A DNA stretch of 64,000 bases from Nitrospirota bacterium (GTDB lineage Bacteria > Nitrospirota > Thermodesulfovibrionia > Thermodesulfovibrionales > SM23-35): positions 5,889 through 69,888 of the forward strand of contig JBFMDQ010000004.1 in assembly GCA_040753955.1 (NCBI GenBank), in the 5' to 3' direction. Numbering within the stretch: the first letter of the stretch is position 1; the number at the start of each line of letters is the position of its first letter. Of the stretch, positions 19,893 to 29,407 are shown in pieces. The translations under genes and the position numbers were made by a program. The notes beneath the pieces were generated by a model. It was given only the letters and a program-made list of their open reading frames with translations. It searched no databases and was not told the DNA's origin.

Positions 19893-20660
19893 ATGAAATT
19901 AGCTGTCTTTTTTGACAAATTTGCACCTATTCATGAGACAAAAGACCCCGGTCAAATTGTGCAGGGATTAATAGACATCGGGATACAAAGCGAGCTGTTC
20001 ACAATAGATAAGCCTGCATTAAGGAAAGGCTTTCCTTCTATTCCAATCAGACTATTATTAATGGAGCAGGCATCCGATGTTGAATACTGGCGTGGTGTTC
20101 CTTATGATGTAATTGTTGCATATACAAGGTTATATTCACAGATTGCTTATACATTAAAAAAAGCCAGTAAAACAGTCTTAGTAAAGGCTGACACCGACGG
20201 CAGACGCATTTTTCCTATATATCCGAGAGACATGTCATATTATCCGTTTAAGAAAGCAACAGAAAAAATTAAAATTTTTTATAAAAGGGTCAAAAGACGG
20301 TTAGAAGGCCGGACCCGTGCCAACAAGCTTGCCGAACACATAAATCTTGCAGATGGCGTAATAGTGGAATCTCCGCAGGCATATATCAACCTTGCTTACA
20401 TATTGTCATATTGGGAGATGCCGGAATTAATCAAAAAAATCTTTGTTATCCCAAATCCAGTCTCTGATTATTTTACTGCAACTCCACTATCTATTAAAAA
20501 CAAACTGATAGTAGCAGTTGGAGAATGGGATGGAAGGGTTGGCAGCTCGTATATAAAGAATACAGACACGATGGTTAAAGCGCTATGGTTGCTGCATCGA
20601 GAAGTAATTGCAAAAAGCTATTTACAGACAGCAGAGCAATTGTGGGAAAGAGCAACATAA
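19893..20660 (+). CDS. hypothetical protein, possibly a C-terminally truncated GT-B (GT4-like) glycosyltransferase
   Basis: Resembles a GT4 N-domain and ends shortly after IPNPV...LIVAVGEW, where a GT4 C-domain would begin. No EX7E region is present. Weak, pattern-based call. Confidence 0.35.
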   Translation: MKLAVFFDKFAPIHETKDPGQIVQGLIDIGIQSELFTIDKPALRKGFPSIPIRLLLMEQASDVEYWRGVPYDVIVAYTRLYSQIAYTLKKASKTVLVKADTDGRRIFPIYPRDMSYYPFKKATEKIKIFYKRVKRRLEGRTRANKLAEHINLADGVIVESPQAYINLAYILSYWEMPELIKKIFVIPNPVSDYFTATPLSIKNKLIVAVGEWDGRVGSSYIKNTDTMVKALWLLHREVIAKSYLQTAEQLWERAT

Positions 20661-20678
20661 TTTAACAGGATATTTACA

Positions 20679-21713
20679 ATGGAAGCTTACAAAGACAGAA
20701 AACCCAGAATTCTTATTTTTAAAGAAAGCATGGGCGGAGATCTGCAATTCTTAATGGAAACGGATGTCGCAGAGGTCTATGTCAGGAGCGCAGCGGATTA
20801 TTTTACCGAGAAGAAGAAGTTATTAAATAAAGAATATGATTTTATATTAGCAACCCCTTGGCGAGATCCTGTTTGGCATAGTGGCCGTCCATTTGTAAAA
20901 AATTGCTTTAGGGCAATAACAACACTTATTAAAAAACCGTCAACTTATTTTCCGGTGGTTTTGAGAAGATTAGTGCAAAAGACCGGAATGCGGCTTGGAA
21001 TAGTTGACTCAATTGATGCGCCGCTGATAGCAAAAAGGAATTTCGGGCTGTTGGATGTGTGTCATCGGTATTTTAAAAGGGAATTGCCCCAGAATCACTA
21101 CAATATATTTTTGTATACAACAGCAAGAAATAAGGACGCAGTAAACATTGTCCGGCAGGATTTTTTTCTGAAAAATGAAAGAAAATTAAGGCCAATACAA
21201 TTTGGGATTTCTGACAAGAAGTTTAATTTGGTAGAGCTTGAAAAGAACGAGAAAGAATACGATATTTTTTATGCGGGCAAGTCACATTATTGTACCGTAA
21301 GACAAAATGGCATTAAAGAGCTTCTACAGCTGAAGGGAGAGGGTGTGAGGGTTTATTTACCTGAGGAGAGGTTATCGCCGGAAGATTTTTACAGGGCATG
21401 CGGCAAGTCACGGTTAGTGTTGTCACCAGCAGGGTTGGGGTAGGATTGCAATCGGCATTATGAGGCTCTTGCCGCAGGAGCAGTGCCGGTGATAAATTAT
21501 CCGTGGATTGAACAATATTCAGCTTTTATTGATAGAGAACACTGCTTTTACTATGGTGTGGAGCCGTATGGATTGTTTAAAACAGTAAAAGAGGCATCGA
21601 AAGACAAGGAGCGGTTGAAGAAGATGAACGCCAATGGGCGGGAATGGATAATGAAAAATCTGACATTTAACCGCATTCTTGAATATGTTATCAAAGAAAT
21701 GATGAGCGATTAG
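20679..21713 (+). pseudogene. CgeB-like glycosyltransferase interrupted by a single in-frame TAG (21441-21443)
   Basis: ORFs 20679-21443 and 21483-21713 are in the same frame. The sequence reads ..LVLSPAGLG*DCNRHYEALAAGAVPVINYP.. straight across the stop. Paralog 13825-14811 has W at the matching spot (GKWDYG..RIFEANGCGAF). Confidence 0.6.
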
Positions 21714-21764
21714 AATTTTTAGGCTCTTTCTCATTTCAAGGGGCAGAAAAGGCAGGCAATTAAA

Positions 21765-22967
21765 ATGCAGAAACGGTTATCAATTAATTTTATTGTTCCG
21801 AAATTGGAGAAATATAAATTCAGTGCTGGCATTTACTCCATTTTAAAATATGCTGATGGTCTATCTAAAAAAGGACATGTAGTAAATATCATACCTCCAA
21901 TTGGGAGCAAAAAACCGAAGTGGATAGACTGTTCTGCCAATTTTATGCTCAATGCTAAAGAGAGGCTTTTAGGACATTCTGTTAATTCAACAGTCAAGAA
22001 TATCGTAAACTGGCTTGATAAAAAACTATACAGGAAAAAAAATGTCTTTACTCAAAGAGCTATTCGTATGGATTACATGCGATATGCCATACCGGATGCA
22101 GACATAACAATAGCAACTCTATGGGATACAGCCGAGATTGTATACAGATTTGGCAAAGGAGAAAAGGCGTATCTCATACAGCATTTTGAGCCTGTATTTT
22201 TTGAGACAGAGAGCTACGAGAAAAAGCTTTGCGAATGGTCTTATCAATTACCTCTTAATAAGATTGTTATTTCCACATGGATAGAGCAAAAGGTAGAAAC
22301 CTATTGCAAAAACCACAAAATTACTGATAAGGTTTACAAATGTGTCCATGCCGTTGATTTAGACATTTTTAAGAAAATTCCTGTAGAGGATTATAGAGAA
22401 AATCCAAAACATTTAAAGATCATCAGCTATGGCGGACGAAATGTAAAATGGAAGGGATTTGAGGAAATGGCGCAGGCTATAGCTATGGTAAGGGAGAAAT
22501 TGCCTGATTATAATATTGAATGGCTCGTTTATGGAGATGCGATGCTTCCCCCTAACAACCCAATTGCAGAATATACGCAGTTAGGCTTTTTGCAACCAAG
22601 GAAACTTGCCCTTGCATATAATAAATGTGACATCATGTTAAGCGCTTCTTGGTATGAAGGCTTTTCTGTGTTCGCCCTGGAGGCAATGGCATGTGGACTT
22701 GCTGTTATTACAACAAGATATGGGACAGAAGATTATGCCATTCATGGTTTCAATGCTGAAATAGTGGAGGAAAGAAATCCATACTCTATTGCTAATGGTA
22801 TTATTAAGTTAGTTACCGATAAAGAATATAGAAAAAAGCTGTCACATAACGGCCATGCTACAGCACAGAGATTTAATTGGAGTTTCTCCATAAACAACAT
22901 GGAACAGATTTTGTTTGAAATTTTAGAAGTAGAGCAATCATCAAAGGATGCCAAAAATAAAGTTTGA
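21765..22967 (+). CDS. GT4 glycosyltransferase
   Basis: SASWYEGFSVFALEAMACGLAVITT EX7E-type motif; 400-aa GT-B architecture. Confidence 0.85.
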   Translation: MQKRLSINFIVPKLEKYKFSAGIYSILKYADGLSKKGHVVNIIPPIGSKKPKWIDCSANFMLNAKERLLGHSVNSTVKNIVNWLDKKLYRKKNVFTQRAIRMDYMRYAIPDADITIATLWDTAEIVYRFGKGEKAYLIQHFEPVFFETESYEKKLCEWSYQLPLNKIVISTWIEQKVETYCKNHKITDKVYKCVHAVDLDIFKKIPVEDYRENPKHLKIISYGGRNVKWKGFEEMAQAIAMVREKLPDYNIEWLVYGDAMLPPNNPIAEYTQLGFLQPRKLALAYNKCDIMLSASWYEGFSVFALEAMACGLAVITTRYGTEDYAIHGFNAEIVEERNPYSIANGIIKLVTDKEYRKKLSHNGHATAQRFNWSFSINNMEQILFEILEVEQSSKDAKNKV

Positions 22968-23079
22968 TTTTTTAATAGTTGGTGCTGGATTTGCAGGTTG
23001 CACCCTTGCTGAGAGAATTGCTACACAACTTAACAAAAAAGTATTGCTCGTGGAGCAATGCAATTGTTTTGGAGGTTAA
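22948..23079 (+). pseudogene. glf: 43-codon remnant of UDP-galactopyranose mutase (glf) N-terminus
   Basis: Not in ORF track. Reads MPKIKFDFLIVGAGFAGCTLAERIATQLNKKVLLVEQCNCFGG*, the FAD-binding GxGxxG N-terminus of UGM, ending right after the ..IGG motif. No continuation in any frame. Overlaps the preceding GT4 stop, and its last codons form the RBS of the next gene. Confidence 0.7.
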
Positions 23080-23082
23080 AAG

Positions 23083-24087
23083 ATGGGTAATAAAAAAGAA
23101 AGAATCGCTGCAAATATACCAACCTATAACAGGAAGCAATTATTGGGTGAGTGTCTTGATGCCCTGCTTAATCAGACATACCCACTTGACGCTATTTATA
23201 TCATTGACAATGCTTCTACAGATGGTACTCCTGAATTCTTGCTGGAGAGAGGTTTTATAAACGTTTTATTAACTCCTGATAAAGAACCGATTAAATCAGT
23301 AAAAGCTATCCCATTGCCAACTTTTCCTGATAAAACTGTTGAGATACATTATGTAAGAATGCCCGAAAACACTGGCAGTGCAGGCGGCTACTACGAGGGC
23401 ATCAAAATGGGCTATAAGGCAGGATTTGATTGGTTGTGGTTGATGGATAATGATGGAGAGCCAAGAGAAGATGCTTTAGAAATGTTATTAAAAGCCATTA
23501 AATCAATCTGTTATCAAGAAAAGAAGATAGGTTTTTTAGTAAGCAAAGTAATTTGGAAAGATTACAAGCCGCATCATATGAATTTACCGCAAATTTCCTC
23601 TTTTGCGGGAACATTGCCTTTCAATTTGTTTGATGCGTCAGATTTATACTTAGTTAAAGCTGCTTCTTATACCTCTGCAATTATTTCTAGAGATGCTGTC
23701 GCACATGTCGGGTACCCTATTAAGGAATTCGTAATTTGGTTTGATGATATTGAATATACTTCGAGAATTGTGTCAGCAGGATTTTTAGGTGTTTATGTGC
23801 CTAAAAGTATTTGCATTCACAAAACTCCGGAAAATTACAGCGCAAATATTTATACCGATAAAGTAGAAAACCTATGGAGGTATAACCATGAAATCCGTAA
23901 TAGACTTTTTGTGATAAAGAGTAAATCTTTATTGAAGTTTTTAGGAAGATTATTTGATAGATTACTTGTTATAAATTTAAAACTTTTGGTAAAACGTAAG
24001 CAGAATAAATTGAGTTTTATTATTGCCAATACAAGGGCTACTATTGCTGCCATTGGTTTCAAACCAAAGATAGAGAAACCATGTTAG
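23083..24087 (+). CDS. GT2 glycosyltransferase
   Basis: IPTYNRKQLLGECLDALLNQTYPLDAIYIIDNASTDGT and WLMDNDG (DxD-like) motifs. Confidence 0.85.
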   Translation: MGNKKERIAANIPTYNRKQLLGECLDALLNQTYPLDAIYIIDNASTDGTPEFLLERGFINVLLTPDKEPIKSVKAIPLPTFPDKTVEIHYVRMPENTGSAGGYYEGIKMGYKAGFDWLWLMDNDGEPREDALEMLLKAIKSICYQEKKIGFLVSKVIWKDYKPHHMNLPQISSFAGTLPFNLFDASDLYLVKAASYTSAIISRDAVAHVGYPIKEFVIWFDDIEYTSRIVSAGFLGVYVPKSICIHKTPENYSANIYTDKVENLWRYNHEIRNRLFVIKSKSLLKFLGRLFDRLLVINLKLLVKRKQNKLSFIIANTRATIAAIGFKPKIEKPC

Positions 24088-24138
24088 ATGATCACTGGGA
24101 TGTAAGGCGTGGATAGCTAATAGCAATAAAGTCTTGTC

Positions 24139-25098
24139 ATGAAGATAGCTATTAACTACAGAAAAGGTAACCTAAGACTCAAAGAAGGCATTGAATCAGC
24201 CGGACATGAGGTCATAGATAATATCTGGGATATCAACTCAATTGTCTCTGAAAGAATTAATGCCGTAATCTTTGAGTTCAAATATATTTTTAAGGAAAAG
24301 TGGAAGTTCCTGTCGCTAATTTACAGATTAAAGCGGCATGGGATACCTGTTATTACATGGAATGTTGATTCCCCATGGAATGCGGGGATAAGAAAATGGA
24401 AAGTAAATTTGCTTCTAAGAAGCAATATTCTCTCATTATATGCAACCCACTCCCTTCAGGATACTGATTGGACCAAGCATACGAGAACTATATATCTACC
24501 GAATGCTGCATGGATTAGTAAATACAATCTTCGTAGTGCTACTTTAGAGGATCTAAGAAGACCAAATATTTACAAATGGGATGTATTCTTTATAGGTAAT
24601 ATGGACAAAGAAAGGTATCGCGAGCACGAAAACAGGGTTGAATTCTTAGAGAGAATTGGTAGGTTTTTAACAAAGAAGGGGATAAATTTTCTGTTTGCAG
24701 ATGGCAAGGACTTATCCTTTGATGAACAGGTAGAGATCATTCAAAGAAGCAAAATTAACTTGAGTTGCTTATCAGCGGCTGACTCTGTGTATGGAAAAAG
24801 CTGGGGGCTCCCTGAAAGGTGTTACGGTATCCCAGCATGCGGTGGTTTTCTTCTGATGGATGATCGTGTACATATCAAAGATGATTTTAGCATTGGCGAT
24901 GAAGTTGTTACATATTCTGATATTGAAGATTGTAAAAATAAGATATTCTATTATTTAGACAAACATGAAGAACGCAGAAGGATTGCAGAAAGAGCTTATC
25001 AAAAGGTGATGAAAGAACATACCTATATGCATAGAGCTCGAAAACTAATCTCGGAGATACAAAATCTAAAAAACAATGTCAATTTCCAAACAAATTAA
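24139..25098 (+). CDS. CgeB-like glycosyltransferase
   Basis: C-terminal ERCYGIPACGGFLLMDD..EHTYMHRARKL, paralogous to 13825-14811. Confidence 0.6.
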   Translation: MKIAINYRKGNLRLKEGIESAGHEVIDNIWDINSIVSERINAVIFEFKYIFKEKWKFLSLIYRLKRHGIPVITWNVDSPWNAGIRKWKVNLLLRSNILSLYATHSLQDTDWTKHTRTIYLPNAAWISKYNLRSATLEDLRRPNIYKWDVFFIGNMDKERYREHENRVEFLERIGRFLTKKGINFLFADGKDLSFDEQVEIIQRSKINLSCLSAADSVYGKSWGLPERCYGIPACGGFLLMDDRVHIKDDFSIGDEVVTYSDIEDCKNKIFYYLDKHEERRRIAERAYQKVMKEHTYMHRARKLISEIQNLKNNVNFQTN

Positions 25099-26041
25099 GA
25101 GATTATTTACACCAGGTCTTAGTAAAATCCTATCAATGGCAGTAAGGCGAAGAGATAAAAAATTTCTTGTCGCATGGAATAGAGGATTCGGTGATATACC
25201 ATTGGGGCTTTATGCCTTTGTAGATAGAGTGAAACAGTATATACCAGAGGCAGAAATAACTTTTCTTACACGTCCTGAACTCGAAGAGGCTTTTCGCTTA
25301 TTGGAAGGTGTTGAAGTTATTGTTGTGCCTTCATGGAAAAGAAAGGACGGCACTCCAACTATCCCTGTTATAAAGGAGACGCTTAAAACAATGGGCATTG
25401 ACTATAAGTATTACGATGTCATCTTAGACAAAGTAGATCCTACTGGTGAACTCAGAGATTATTGGGGCAAACTCATCCCAAGGCTTAAGTGGAAGGATGA
25501 GTATGACAACTTATGGAAACGCTTTAATTTACAGGACTCATCATTCTATATTGCTGCCCACGTAAATACAGAAACCCAGCAGTTTTATGGCTATAAAAAA
25601 GATTGGCCAGTCGATAGCTGGAAGATGCTTTTTGAAAAACTTTCTGAAAAATCAGATACAAAAATAATACTGTTTGGTCATAGTAAAACAGACTCTTTTA
25701 ATCTGTCTTCAATCATAGACCTCAGGGGTAAGACCAGCCTCCTTGAAATGCTCTCAATAATCAAAAACTGCTGCGATATCCTCATTGCTCCGGATGGAGG
25801 GGTTTTGTCAATAACATACTACATCGATGTTTACTTCCCTATAACTGTAATCTCATTGTGGGGAGATGCTAATCAGGGGATTATGAAACAGGCAATACCT
25901 TCACCGAATATAGAACTTAAACATATCCCTATAATCGGGAAAGGGAAGGATATATCAAAAATAAGTGTTGACGAGGTATACAACACTCTAAGCAATTACC
26001 TGATTGCACTTTCTATCTTCCTATTGAAAGTCTTTCAATAA
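25076..26041 (+). CDS. divergent GT9-like glycosyltransferase
   Basis: FLVAWNRGFGDIPLGLYAF N-domain and DLRGKTSLLEMLSIIKNCCDILIAPDGGVLSI C-domain follow the GT9 pattern. Start uncertain (25076 or 25136). Confidence 0.55.
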   Translation: MSISKQIKRLFTPGLSKILSMAVRRRDKKFLVAWNRGFGDIPLGLYAFVDRVKQYIPEAEITFLTRPELEEAFRLLEGVEVIVVPSWKRKDGTPTIPVIKETLKTMGIDYKYYDVILDKVDPTGELRDYWGKLIPRLKWKDEYDNLWKRFNLQDSSFYIAAHVNTETQQFYGYKKDWPVDSWKMLFEKLSEKSDTKIILFGHSKTDSFNLSSIIDLRGKTSLLEMLSIIKNCCDILIAPDGGVLSITYYIDVYFPITVISLWGDANQGIMKQAIPSPNIELKHIPIIGKGKDISKISVDEVYNTLSNYLIALSIFLLKVFQ

Positions 26042-26732
26042 GTAATGAAGGTAGACCCTCTTTTATCATCTTTTTCTGTACTGCCTCCACATCATAGGGA
26101 ACCCTCACTATCTCCATCTTCTCATCATCAGCGATTGCATAACATGCCCCCGGGTTACCATCTCTGGGCTGACCGACACTTCCAGCGTTTATTATGTACC
26201 TCTCCGTTTTTCCTATAGGAGCTGCCTTCTTATATGTGGCAAGCTCTCCTGACGGGAGCCTCTCTATAATAAACGGCTGATGGCTATGCCCGAGGAAGCA
26301 GAATTTATTGTCGAAATAATGGAAATTTATCTCTGCATCCCAGAGTGTGAGTAGATAATGCCACTCCTCCGGTTCCTTCGGGGTCGAATGCACAAGAAGT
26401 ATATCTCCCATTTCTTTTTTAACAGGGAAGGATCTGAGGGTTTTGCGATTCTTTTCTGTGAGCACACGCTTTGTCCACTCTATCGCTGCCCTTGCATATA
26501 CATTGAAGTATGCGATATCTGTTAGTCCGAGTACCCCCCAATCGTGGTTGCCGGCAAGCATGATTTCACATCTATTTACGAGAAGCTCAATGCATTCATT
26601 CGGGTTAGGGCCGTATCCTATTGAATCCCCCAGAAATAAGACATCTTCTATCTTCCTTTTATCTATATCTTCTATGACGGCTTTGAGGGCTTCGAGATTT
26701 GAGTGGACATCAGAAAGCACGGCATAGGGCAT
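26013..26732 (-). CDS. metallophosphoesterase (YfcE/MJ0936-like)
   Basis: DVHSN, GDSIGYG, GNHD and GHSH phosphoesterase motifs. Confidence 0.8.
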   Translation of the reverse strand: MPYAVLSDVHSNLEALKAVIEDIDKRKIEDVLFLGDSIGYGPNPNECIELLVNRCEIMLAGNHDWGVLGLTDIAYFNVYARAAIEWTKRVLTEKNRKTLRSFPVKKEMGDILLVHSTPKEPEEWHYLLTLWDAEINFHYFDNKFCFLGHSHQPFIIERLPSGELATYKKAAPIGKTERYIINAGSVGQPRDGNPGACYAIADDEKMEIVRVPYDVEAVQKKMIKEGLPSLLIERLSIGR

Positions 26733-27142
26733 CAGGCTTTACTAACCTCTTTCGCAAGCCTGTCAAGAATACCATTGATGAAGGGAGCTGCCTCTGAAGA
26801 AGAGAATTTTTTTGCTATCTCTATTGCCTCATTTATCGTAACGGCAGACGGAATATCTTTCCTGTAGAGTATTTCATATGTAGCAAATCTCAGTATATTC
26901 CTGTCTACTGCAGCCATCCTCTTTAGTATCCAGTTTTCTGCTACCCTTTCAATCATCGAGTCTATCTCATTCAGCCTTTTTATGGTCCCCCTGACAAGGT
27001 CCTCTGTGAACCTCTTAACGTCCTCGCTCTCTTCTTTGCCTGACCAGAAATCTTCGAGGTCCCTGCTATCAATCTCTTTCCCTTTAAAATCTACCTGGAA
27101 TAGCATCTGCAGTGCATACTCTCTTGCCCTGCGACGCTTCAT
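26732..27142 (-). CDS. nusB: transcription antitermination factor NusB
   Basis: RRRAREYALQMLFQ N-terminus, 136 aa, downstream of ribH as in many bacteria. Confidence 0.9.
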   Translation of the reverse strand: MKRRRAREYALQMLFQVDFKGKEIDSRDLEDFWSGKEESEDVKRFTEDLVRGTIKRLNEIDSMIERVAENWILKRMAAVDRNILRFATYEILYRKDIPSAVTINEAIEIAKKFSSSEAAPFINGILDRLAKEVSKA

Positions 27143-27144
27143 TT

Positions 27145-27257
27145 GAAAGTGAAAAGTGAAAAGTGAAAAGCCTTCGACCCGAGCTCAGGCCGAGGGTTGA
27201 AAAGTGAAAAAAGACCCGTTTTATAGTCTTTATTGATCACTGTTCACTACTCACTGT
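27145..27257. repeat. GTGAAAA tandem repeats plus inverted TCACTGTTCAC arm (ribH-nusB spacer)
   Basis: (GTGAAAA)x3 at 27149-27170, a GC hairpin at 27171-27196, then GTGAAAA again. Opposed by TCACTGTTCACTACTCACTGTTCAC at 27237-27261. Confidence 0.7.
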
Positions 27258-27719
27258 TCACAGTTTTTTGAGGAGTTGTGCCATTTCAATAGCTACCATT
27301 GCTGCATCCCATCCCTTATTACCACTCTTTGTGCCAGCCCTTTCAACAGCCTGCTCTATGGTATCAGAAGTTATGATTCCAAAGGCTACAGGCACACCTG
27401 TCTCTATCGATGCTGATGCAATGCCTTTTGACACCTCTGCAGCAATATATTCGAAATGTGGGGTTGAACCCCGTATAATTGTACCGAGACATAGGATTGC
27501 ATTATATGTCCCTTTCAATGCCAATTTTCTGGCTAACATAGGGATCTCAAAAGAGCCCGGAACCCTGATAATATCTATATCCTCTTCCTTTGCCCCATGC
27601 CTTAATAAGGCATCAAGGGCACCATCGAGCAACCTGCTTGTAATAAAATCATTAAACCTGCTGACTACTATACCAAATCTTAGCCCTTTGGCCTGAAGCT
27701 CACCTTCAATAGTCTTCAT
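27258..27719 (-). CDS. ribH: 6,7-dimethyl-8-ribityllumazine synthase
   Basis: [31 protein letters not shown] motifs. ATG 27719 is preceded by AAGGAGGA. Confidence 0.92.
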   Translation of the reverse strand: MKTIEGELQAKGLRFGIVVSRFNDFITSRLLDGALDALLRHGAKEEDIDIIRVPGSFEIPMLARKLALKGTYNAILCLGTIIRGSTPHFEYIAAEVSKGIASASIETGVPVAFGIITSDTIEQAVERAGTKSGNKGWDAAMVAIEMAQLLKKL

Positions 27720-27759
27720 AAATCCTCCTTTTTTCAAACAACATTCAGCTTCAAATCAA

Positions 27760-27945
27760 CACGTCAAATAATCAATCACCAATAACCAAACACCAAATAA
27801 ATTCCAATAACCAAGCACCAAGTTCCAAACAATTTCAAGCACTTGTAACCAAACACAAAATAAGCCTATGCCTGTCCATTGGTTATTGAAACATTGGTTA
27901 TTATTTGGTCATTGTAATTTGATCATATTGATTATTAGGTATTTT
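27760..27945. repeat. ~180-bp imperfect palindrome of the CCAATAACC family (ribBA-ribH spacer)
   Basis: Left arm AATCAATCACCAATAACCAAACACCAAATAAATTCCAATAACCAAGCACCAAG. Right arm CATTGGTTATTGAAACATTGGTTATTATTTGGTCATTG. Confidence 0.7.
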
Positions 27946-29158
27946 AGACATTATCAAGTATATGCCCTAACTTCTTCTTCTTTGTTTTGAGATAGATAAT
28001 ATTTTTTTCATGCGGCCTTACCTCTATAGGGACCCTTTCAACCACCTTAAGGCCATACCCCTCGAGTCCGATGATCTTCCTCGGATTGTTCGTCATAAGT
28101 CTCATCTTCCTCACACCGAGGTCAACAAGTATCTGTGCACCAATGCCATAGTCTCTGAGGTCAGGTCTGAAACCGAGCTTGATATTAGCCTCAACAGTGT
28201 CAAGACCCTTATCCTGCAGCTCATATGCCTTCAGCTTGTTTATCAAACCAATGCCTCTGCCTTCCTGCCTTATATAGAGGATAACCCCTTTGCCCTCTCT
28301 CTTAACCATCTCCATTGCCCTGTGTAGCTGCTCTCCACAGTCGCATCTCTTTGAACCGAAGACCTCTCCCGTAAGGCACTGAGAATGGACCCTGACGAGG
28401 ACCTCATCTTCTGGTTTGATTTCACCTTTAACCAGGGCAACATGAATATTGTCGTCAATATCATTGGTATAAGCTATAGCATTAAACTCGCCGCCATATT
28501 CCGTTGGCAGTTTTACCGTTACGAACCTTTTTACAAATGACTCTGCCCTCATCCTGTATCCAATAAGGTCCTTTATTGTGACTATCCTGAGATTATGTTT
28601 TTTTGCAAATTCCATAAGCTGAGGAACCCTTGCCATTGTCCCATCATCATTCATTACTTCACAGATAACACCTGCTGGATAAAGCCCTGAAAGCCTTGTT
28701 AAATCAACAGAGCCCTCTGTCTGTCCTGCCCTTTGAAGCACACCACCTGGCCTTGCCTTCAAGGGAAAGACATGACCGGGCCTTACAATGTCTTCTGGTT
28801 TCGTCTTCGGGTCAACAGCGGTCCGTATTGTCGTTGCCCTGTCTGCTGCTGAGATGCCTGTCGTGACGCCTTTTTTTGCCTCTATCGAGACTGTAAAGGC
28901 GGTGCCAAAAACTGATGTATTGTCATCTGTCATCATCGGGAGCCTCAGTTCTTCTACTCGCTCTGGGGTAAGGGAAAGACAGATGAGCCCCCTTCCATAC
29001 TTTGACATGAAATTGATCGCCTCCGGTGTTACCTTCTCTGCTGCCACACACAGGTCACCCTCGTTTTCCCTATCCTCATCGTCAACAAGGATAACCATTT
29101 TGCCCTTTGCTATATCCTCTATGGCTTCGTCAATTGTATTGAATCTATACCTTTCCAT
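27944..29158 (-). CDS. ribBA: bifunctional 3,4-dihydroxy-2-butanone-4-phosphate synthase / GTP cyclohydrolase II
   Basis: [11 protein letters not shown] (DHBP synthase) and [19 protein letters not shown] (GCH II) motifs. ATG 29158 follows GGAGAGG. The ORF-track extension to 29338 only translates intergenic repeats. Confidence 0.92.
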   Translation of the reverse strand: MERYRFNTIDEAIEDIAKGKMVILVDDEDRENEGDLCVAAEKVTPEAINFMSKYGRGLICLSLTPERVEELRLPMMTDDNTSVFGTAFTVSIEAKKGVTTGISAADRATTIRTAVDPKTKPEDIVRPGHVFPLKARPGGVLQRAGQTEGSVDLTRLSGLYPAGVICEVMNDDGTMARVPQLMEFAKKHNLRIVTIKDLIGYRMRAESFVKRFVTVKLPTEYGGEFNAIAYTNDIDDNIHVALVKGEIKPEDEVLVRVHSQCLTGEVFGSKRCDCGEQLHRAMEMVKREGKGVILYIRQEGRGIGLINKLKAYELQDKGLDTVEANIKLGFRPDLRDYGIGAQILVDLGVRKMRLMTNNPRKIIGLEGYGLKVVERVPIEVRPHEKNIIYLKTKKKKLGHILDNV

Positions 29159-29237
29159 TTTTAACCTCTCCAAAAATGAATAACCCTTGGCAAGACCCCA
29201 GGGTATCGAAGTATTGTTCACAATGATACCGTATGGC

Positions 29238-29306
29238 GTCATTCCGGGCTTGACCCGGAATCCAGTTCCTTTCATTTTCCTGGATTCCCGCTTTCGCGGG
29301 AATGAC
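29238..29306. repeat. GTCATT...AATGAC-bounded double-hairpin element (ribE-ribBA spacer)
   Basis: GTCATTCCGGGCTTGACCCGGAATCCAG..CTGGATTCCCGCTTTCGCGGGAATGAC. Flanked by CCGTAT/ATACGG and by two GGCAAGACC hairpins and AATTTTAAATTT repeats (29165-29406). Confidence 0.75.
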
Positions 29307-29407
29307 AGAATACGGATAACCCTGTGGCAAGACCACAAGGAATTGTTGAGTTAAAATTTTTAAATTTTGGTCTGTAATTTTAAATTTTTCTTTTTGAATT
29401 TTAAATT

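Noticed and set aside
22979-23260. 93-aa ORF from the track between the GT4 and GT2 genes.
   Set aside because: It has no family resemblance and overlaps the well-supported GT2 start. The real signal in this region is the glf N-terminal remnant in another frame (22948-23079).
27944-29338. ORF-track N-terminal extensions: ribBA to 29338, cdsA to 3383, rfbD from 9679, GT4 from 11568, GT9 from 17253, ribH to 27737, ribE to 30064.
   Set aside because: The extensions translate intergenic repeats ([18 protein letters not shown]) or overlap the upstream gene. Internal ATGs with good Shine-Dalgarno sequences give family-typical N-termini.
29159-29407. Possible FMN riboswitch in the long spacer inside the rib operon.
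   Set aside because: The spacer is fully accounted for by repeat modules found elsewhere in the window. It lies mid-operon rather than in the 5' leader, and I cannot see the conserved FMN-aptamer core.
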